A stretch of 64,000 bases of DNA from the NCBI GenBank assembly GCA_977020255.1, contig CDROCS010006384.1, positions 1 through 64,000 of the forward strand, read 5' to 3'. Below are positions 58,125-64,000 of this stretch, one piece after another; position 1 is the first letter of the stretch; every line of letters starts with the position of its first letter. This DNA is from Obrimoposthia wandeli. Taxonomy: Eukaryota. Below the pieces are notes generated by a model, which did not search any database, was not told the DNA's origin, and saw only the letters and a list, made by a program, of their open reading frames with translations. A program made the translations under genes and the position numbers.

Positions 58125-58709
58125 TTAAGAATCAACTGAGCTTGTAATATCGTATAAGGTGTAAGAAAGCGTGATAGTAGAAACATCATCAGGTATGTCT
58201 AAATCAACATAAAATTGTAAACCCATCTCAACATCTTCACTCGCTTTTAATGGCTGACTATTGAAACAAAAACATTCTATTTTTTGAAAATAGACAGCCG
58301 CTCGCCCTGGTGATACTGACGGTACAGCTTGTCCGACGATATCGTTTACAGACTCATTTTTGGCATAAAACTTAACGGTTTTTCGCTCACCAGGATGCAC
58401 TTTTACTTCATTAATCATTGGCTCAAATTTCCAAGGAATTCCTTTCGCTGTTCGAGTCAAAAATTGCACTGTAATTGTACGTTCGGTATCTATGCTTACT
58501 GCATTATAGCTTGCGGCAACATTAGATGTTTTTCCGTTTAATCCGGTGATATCACAAAAAACGTCGTATAACGGCACCATCGCAAAACCAAAACCAAACA
58601 TACCAAACACAATCAACATCAGCTTTTTAACTGTTTTTTTCACTGAGGCATCATGCACTTTTGATTTTGCTTGTTTCGACAACTTATCTTGCGATTCACC
58701 GTTAGTCAT
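58125..58709 (-). CDS. ctaG: Cytochrome c oxidase assembly protein CtaG/Cox11
   Basis: VPLYDVFCDITG, FQKIECFCF, TLSYT. Confidence 0.96.
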   Translation of the reverse strand: MTNGESQDKLSKQAKSKVHDASVKKTVKKLMLIVFGMFGFGFAMVPLYDVFCDITGLNGKTSNVAASYNAVSIDTERTITVQFLTRTAKGIPWKFEPMINEVKVHPGERKTVKFYAKNESVNDIVGQAVPSVSPGRAAVYFQKIECFCFNSQPLKASEDVEMGLQFYVDLDIPDDVSTITLSYTLYDITSSVDS

Positions 58710-58720
58710 TTTAGCTCCGA

Positions 58721-60325
58721 TTAATCAATTTTTGGCGGTGTTGTGAACGTATGGTATGGCGCAGGGCTAGGCACTGTCCATTCTAGACCTTCAGCTCCAT
58801 CCCAAGGTTTCATCGGGGCTTTTTCTCCACCTCTAATACACTTGATGACTAACACCAAGAAAATTAATTGTGAAATACCAAAAGCAAAACCACCAATACT
58901 GACCCACTTGTTAAAATCAGCAAACTGTAAAGCATAATCAGGAATACGACGCGGCATACCAGCCAATCCTAAGAAATGCATAGGGAAGAACAATAGATTT
59001 ACTGAAACTAATGAACACCAAAAATGCCACTTACTTAAGGTGTCGTTGTACATGTATCCCGTCCATTTTGGTAACCAATAATAGGCACCAGCAAAAATAG
59101 AGAACAAGGCTCCTGTCACTAAGACATAGTGAAAGTGAGCGACAACAAAATAAGTGTCGTGATATTGAAAATCAACCGGCGTCATTGCTAGCATCAAGCC
59201 AGAAAAACCACCAATGGTAAACAAAATCACAAAAGCGATAGAGAACAACATAGGAGTTTCAAAACTAATTGAACCACGCCACATAGTTGCTGCCCAGTTA
59301 AAGACTTTCACCCCAGTAGGCACCGCAATCAGCATGGTGCAGTACATAAAGAACAACTCACCAAATAACGGCATACCCGTAGTAAACATATGATGCGCCC
59401 ACACAATGAACGACAAAAATGCAATTGATGCCGTAGCATAAACCATTGAACTATAACCAAATAATGGCTTACGTGAGAAAGCAGGAATAGTAGTTGAGAC
59501 AATACCAAATGCAGGTAAAATCATGATATAAACTTCAGGATGACCAAAGAACCAGAAAATATGCTGGAACATTACGGGGTCACCACCACCGGCAGCGTCA
59601 AAGAAGCTGGTACCAAAATAGGTATCGGTTAATACCATAGTAACGGTACCCGCGAGCACCGGCATCACCGCAATTAACAAGTATGCTGTAATGAAAAATG
59701 TCCAAACAAACAATGGCATTTTCATGTAAGTCATACCTGGAGCACGCATATTCATAATGGTGACGACTATATTAATAGCGCCCATAATTGACGAGATACC
59801 CATGATATGAACAGCAAAAACAAAAAATGCTGTGCTGCCGTTACTGTAGGTTGTTGATAGTGGCGCGTAGAAGGTCCAACCAAAGTTTGGTGCACCGCTT
59901 TCCATAAAGAAAGATGATAAAAGAATAGCAAAAGCAAAAGGTAGTATCCAAAAGCTCCAGTTATTCAAGCGTGGTAGCGCCATATCTGGTGCACCTACCA
60001 TCATAGGCAACATCCAGTTCGCTAAGCCAGTAAAAGCAGGCATTATCGCGCCGAAAACCATGATCAAACCATGCACAGTAGTCATTTGGTTAAAGAAATC
60101 AGGCTCAACTATCTGTAATCCAGGCTGAAATAGCTCTGCGCGGATAACCAGCGCCATAGCACCGCCAGTCAAAAACATGATAAATGAGAACCATAAGTAC
60201 ATCGAACCGATATCTTTATGATTAGTGGTGTATAACCAGCGTTTCAGGCCAGTCATTTTATGATCATGGTGTTCACCGTCATGTGAATCATGTTCGGATT
60301 GATCATTAATTACATCTGTAGTCAT
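58721..60325 (-). CDS. ctaD: Cytochrome c oxidase subunit I (A1 type)
   Basis: TNHKDIG, FWFFGHPEVYI, WAHHM, HDTYFVVAHFHYV, GMPRRI. Confidence 0.97.
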   Translation of the reverse strand: MTTDVINDQSEHDSHDGEHHDHKMTGLKRWLYTTNHKDIGSMYLWFSFIMFLTGGAMALVIRAELFQPGLQIVEPDFFNQMTTVHGLIMVFGAIMPAFTGLANWMLPMMVGAPDMALPRLNNWSFWILPFAFAILLSSFFMESGAPNFGWTFYAPLSTTYSNGSTAFFVFAVHIMGISSIMGAINIVVTIMNMRAPGMTYMKMPLFVWTFFITAYLLIAVMPVLAGTVTMVLTDTYFGTSFFDAAGGGDPVMFQHIFWFFGHPEVYIMILPAFGIVSTTIPAFSRKPLFGYSSMVYATASIAFLSFIVWAHHMFTTGMPLFGELFFMYCTMLIAVPTGVKVFNWAATMWRGSISFETPMLFSIAFVILFTIGGFSGLMLAMTPVDFQYHDTYFVVAHFHYVLVTGALFSIFAGAYYWLPKWTGYMYNDTLSKWHFWCSLVSVNLLFFPMHFLGLAGMPRRIPDYALQFADFNKWVSIGGFAFGISQLIFLVLVIKCIRGGEKAPMKPWDGAEGLEWTVPSPAPYHTFTTPPKID

Positions 60326-60337
60326 TTTAACGCCTCC

Positions 60338-61900
60338 CTACTTCGCGCTGGCAGTAACATCTGCTGGCTGGACTAAATCACCGGTGTTGTTACCCCAAGC
60401 ATTACGCTCATAAGTGACTACCGCAGCAATTTGCGTTTTCGTTAATTGGCCGCCAAAAGCTGCCATCGCTGGATTTTTCTTGCTGCCGTTAAGCACCATA
60501 TCTACATGCAGCGCTATATCACCTGTGGCAATAGCACTACCTTTTAAGGCCGGGAACACTGGTGCCATTCCTTGACCACTAGCTTGATGACATGCCGCAC
60601 AGGCTGTCATATAAACTTTTTCACCCATGGTCATTAATTCATCTTTACTGTAAACCTTCGATAAATCTTCAGCAGGTATCACTTCAGCAGCCTTGTCTGC
60701 GACAGCAGTTTTAACATCTTCAAGCACTTTTTCAGCAGAATCGGTAATGCTTGCGACAACAGCGCTGGTGGCAGCATTTACATCCGCAGCTTGCACAGCA
60801 TCACCCGTATTGTTACCCCAAGCATTACGCTCGTAAGTCACAACAGCAGCAATTTCTTTTAAACTTAACTGCTTACCATAGCCTTGCATGCCAGTACCTG
60901 CTCGGCCATTAAATACCACTTGAATGTGTTCATTGGTAGGTCCGGTAGTCGCTATAACGCTACCTTTAAGTGCTGGAAATGCAGGTGGTAAACCTTGACC
61001 ACTCACTTGATGACAAGCCGCACAATAAGCCGTGTAAGTTGTTTCACCCAATTGCATGAGTTCTTCAAGTGACACTGATGCATTTAATGATGCCGCTTCA
61101 GCCGCAGCTACGTTAGCCTGCATTGTTTTCTGATCTTCAAGCCATAACGCATAGTTTTCTTCAGTTTTAACTTCGACAACTATTGGCATAAATCCGTGGT
61201 CTTTACCACACAGCTCAGCACATTGGCCACGATAAATGCCGGGCTTATCAACCTTAGTCCACGACTCATTAATGAAACCAGGGTTAGCATCTTGCTTTAC
61301 GGCAAATGCAGGTACCCACCAGGCGTGAATAACGTCATCAGACGTAATAACAAAACGGACTTTTTTATTGATTGGAATAACCAAAGGACGATCAACTTCA
61401 AGCAGGTAGTTTTCGCCTTTTTCAGCTGACGTACCGTCTTGGTTTTCATATTGCTCACGTGGTGTAGAAAGGACAGAATAAAACTCAAGATCCTGATCAA
61501 AGTACTTATAGTGCCACTTCCACTGAGAACCCGTAACTTGAATCGTTATATCCGCATCATCGTTATTTTCCATGTCAATGAGCGTATAGGTGGCAGGTAC
61601 TGCCATAGCGATTAGAATAACGACAGGAATAGCCGTCCAAAGAATTTCAACTTTCGTGCTTTCATGGAAGGTTGCAGGTTTGAAGCCCTTTGATTTACGG
61701 TGAAACACCATAGACCAAAACATAGCACCAAATACTACAACACCAATGGCAGTACAGATGTAGAGCACCAACATATGTAAATCGTATACGTCCCTGCTTA
61801 CTTCCGTAACACCTTTGGTTAAGTTCAGCGTCATATCGGCCCAAGCCGAACTAGACAACAGCCCCCCCAGTAACAACAAACCTAGGTTACGTCTTTTCAC
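60338..61900 (-). CDS. coxB: Cytochrome c oxidase subunit II with two C-terminal cytochrome c domains
   Basis: CuA motif DVIH...CAELCGKDHGFM; two CAACH heme motifs. Confidence 0.95.
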   Translation of the reverse strand: MKRRNLGLLLLGGLLSSSAWADMTLNLTKGVTEVSRDVYDLHMLVLYICTAIGVVVFGAMFWSMVFHRKSKGFKPATFHESTKVEILWTAIPVVILIAMAVPATYTLIDMENNDDADITIQVTGSQWKWHYKYFDQDLEFYSVLSTPREQYENQDGTSAEKGENYLLEVDRPLVIPINKKVRFVITSDDVIHAWWVPAFAVKQDANPGFINESWTKVDKPGIYRGQCAELCGKDHGFMPIVVEVKTEENYALWLEDQKTMQANVAAAEAASLNASVSLEELMQLGETTYTAYCAACHQVSGQGLPPAFPALKGSVIATTGPTNEHIQVVFNGRAGTGMQGYGKQLSLKEIAAVVTYERNAWGNNTGDAVQAADVNAATSAVVASITDSAEKVLEDVKTAVADKAAEVIPAEDLSKVYSKDELMTMGEKVYMTACAACHQASGQGMAPVFPALKGSAIATGDIALHVDMVLNGSKKNPAMAAFGGQLTKTQIAAVVTYERNAWGNNTGDLVQPADVTASAK

Positions 61901-62077
61901 TCGACATCTCCTTCACCCTTTTAAGGCTAAATAGCACAATTTGATCACTATCGCACAATGAAAACTAGCTATTTAGCGCATACATTTATTATTATTTAAG
62001 TGACGTATTTTTATACAGCTATCAATTACGCCCTATTGTTATTTTTGTACGTTTTCTATTCTAGAATTACTTAAAAG

Positions 62078-62091
62078 TTGATCTGGGTCAA
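62078..62091. promoter_or_regulatory. FNR/EtrA-like site upstream of the cox operon
   Basis: TTGAT-CTGG-GTCAA, one mismatch from TTGAT-N4-ATCAA. Confidence 0.45.
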
Positions 62092-62694
62092 TTTAAAATT
62101 TCAAAAGCAGGTAAAATAAAAATCAATAAATACAATAGAGTAAAAACCCTAAAGGTAGTGAACAGTGCATTTTTAAAAGGGTTGCACCTATGTTTATTTT
62201 TTAACCTGCGCTTGTTTTTCGCACTGAATAATAAATAATCACCACAGTGTTTTCCTGTATAAAAAACAATCTAAATGCGATATAAGAACACGAGAATGTG
62301 AACTATTCTAAACAAATAAAGCTTAGCAGAGCGATAAAGGATAAAAGTGACATAAGGCTAAATTTACACTAATTTTTAGAGCATAAAGAAATGCTTAAAT
62401 ATTTACGAAAAACAGCGACAAGACATTTGCCAATTTGAGGTGATGAATATAGCACTGAGCAAAAATTAAAAGCTTTATCGATACAAGGAAGTAGCTCTAT
62501 AATGAACTTTGAAAAAGATGATAGTAAAAAATGTTAACTGAATAAATTGAAGGTTATGCTATTGATAATAACGTTTAGCGTAAAAATACCCTGCTAAATG
62601 CTGAAATACAGCACAATAAAAGGAAAACTACAGCAGATCTAAACCAATAAATCAGTCAAATCTGCTTGTAATAGCATTTGAATAACGCGAATAG

Positions 62695-63309
62695 CTACAT
62701 CCAGTTTTCAGCGCGAATAACGCCAACAGCAATACCTTCAACATTAAAGCTTTGCGATGTTAAATCAACTTTAATAGGTGAAAATTCTTTGTTTTCTGCA
62801 TGTAAATAAACGATATTTCCATCACGCTTAAAACGCTTAACGGTCACATCATCTTCAACACGAGCAACAATGACTTGGCCATTTTGTACTTCGCTGGTTT
62901 GATGAACAGCCAGTAAATCTCCATCCATAATACCAATATCTTTCATGCTTTCACCTTGAACACGCAACAGGTAATCAGCAGCAGGGTGGAATAAGCTACC
63001 GTCAATTTTGTAGTGCTGTTCAACATGCTCTTGCGCCAAAATAGGCTCTCCCGCAGCAACACGGCCAATTAATGGTAAACCGTCTTCTGCAATAAACTCT
63101 TCAGTAAGACGAATACCACGAGACGTGCCCGGTAGCATCTCAATATAGCCCTTTTTGGCTAGCGCTTTTAAGTGTTCTTCCGCTGCATTCGCTGACTTAA
63201 AGCCAAAAAATCTAGCAATTTCGGCACGCGTGGGCGGCATACCAGTATCAGAAATTTTTTCTCTGATCAGATCAAAAATCTGCTGTTGTCGTGGTGTTAA
63301 AGGGCGCAT
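62695..63309 (-). CDS. lexA: SOS repressor LexA
   Basis: [27 protein letters not shown] cleavage site, GESM (Ser), VTVKR (Lys). Confidence 0.97.
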   Translation of the reverse strand: MRPLTPRQQQIFDLIREKISDTGMPPTRAEIARFFGFKSANAAEEHLKALAKKGYIEMLPGTSRGIRLTEEFIAEDGLPLIGRVAAGEPILAQEHVEQHYKIDGSLFHPAADYLLRVQGESMKDIGIMDGDLLAVHQTSEVQNGQVIVARVEDDVTVKRFKRDGNIVYLHAENKEFSPIKVDLTSQSFNVEGIAVGVIRAENWM

Positions 63310-63339
63310 AGTTATTCCTTAAGCGAGTTAAGTGCAAGC

Positions 63340-63376
63340 CTGTATTTTTAAACAGTATGACTGTCATTGTATACAG
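63340..63376. promoter_or_regulatory. Two tandem SOS boxes
   Basis: CTGTATTTTTAAACAG (63340-63355) and CTGTCATTGTATACAG (63361-63376), both CTGT-N8-ACAG. Confidence 0.92.
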
Positions 63377-63492
63377 GCTGTAAATAAACGCAAGTAGTTC
63401 CTGTAGAACAAATAACCAGCTCTTCAGTGATATAAATGTACTATCGAATAAAACGCAAAAGCATCATAAAAATAATGAACGTTTAGATAGAG

Positions 63493-63529
63493 AAAAACCC
63501 AGCAGAAAATACTAACTTTCGGTGGGTTT
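63493..63529 (-). terminator. Probable terminator of the MCP gene
   Basis: AAACCCA.C.GAAA / TTTC.G.TGGGTTT imperfect stem with A-run. Confidence 0.5.
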
Positions 63530-63555
63530 GTTAACATTTATTATGTGAGTGAGGC

Positions 63556-64000
63556 TTATATTTTAAAAATACTGGCTTCTTTATGAAGATCGCTAGCAAG
63601 GGCTGCAACATCTTCACTGGCTCGTGAGTTCTCTTGTGAATCATGCGCCACTTGCTCGCCAATATCACGAATACGAATGATATTTTCATCAACCTCTTTC
63701 ACCACAATCGATTGTTGCTCTACCGCTGTTGCCACTAGCACAGTCATTTCTGCGATAGCATTGACATCAGTGATAATTTCATTAAGCACCTGCTCGGTAT
63801 CTTGTGCTTGGCTAACGCTGTTTAAGCCCTGCTCTTTACAAAGACCCACCGTTTTAACAATATCTGAAGTGGTAACCTGCAACTCATTGATTATAGATGT
63901 TATTTCAGCAGTTGAATCTTGTGTTCTTACGGCTAAAGTTCTCACTTCATCGGCAACAACGGCAAAACCACGCCCTTGCTCACCCGCTCTGGCCGCTTCA
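63556..64000 (-). CDS. Methyl-accepting chemotaxis protein, C-terminal part (truncated by window)
   Basis: EAARAGEQGRGFAVVADEVRTLA, ATAVEQQS. Confidence 0.93.
   Translation of the reverse strand, partial: EAARAGEQGRGFAVVADEVRTLAVRTQDSTAEITSIINELQVTTSDIVKTVGLCKEQGLNSVSQAQDTEQVLNEIITDVNAIAEMTVLVATAVEQQSIVVKEVDENIIRIRDIGEQVAHDSQENSRASEDVAALASDLHKEASIFKI

Noticed and set aside
62255-62270. Possible SOS box upstream of coxB (CTGTATAAAAAACAAT)
   Set aside because: The spacing is one base short and the right half-site is wrong
384-63309. Numerous short antisense or overlapping ORFs in the track (e.g. 384-608, 2677-2961, 12384-12848, 30324-30635, 37758-38105, 43685-43984)
   Set aside because: They are shadows of well-supported genes on the other strand or frame, with no motifs

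Overview
AT-rich gammaproteobacterial chromosome segment, most consistent with Colwelliaceae/Alteromonadales (inferred from gene order and protein style). Left (1-16.5 kb): the end of a surface-glycan locus with a PglC/D/E/F-like bacillosamine pathway, followed by MltA-like, CSD-DUF1294, SWIM-SNF2, DEAD-box helicase, GDPD and M50 protease genes. Middle (about 16.8-37.7 kb): a defence/accessory zone. Its most striking feature is four progressively decaying direct copies of the 3' end of one small hypothetical gene (17004-17222, 19456-19674, 21464-21541, about 23279-23391). These copies separate three same-strand cassettes (AbiE-type TA, HipBA, J-domain protein) and precede a frameshift-riddled LlaJI-like R-M operon (2 C5-MTases, McrB, DUF2357/McrC). 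Next come hipA remnants with a SEC-C/hypothetical pair, then a RhuM + HNH remnant that looks like a decayed islet at the yicC 3' end. Right (37.8-64 kb): housekeeping genes (yicC, GMC oxidoreductase trio, rph-pyrE, bioH/comF, M14 peptidase, nfuA, dinF, the A-type cytochrome c oxidase cluster, lexA with two SOS boxes, a partial MCP). No rRNA, tRNA, CRISPR array, integrase or transposase was recognised. All calls come from motif reading, not database searches.
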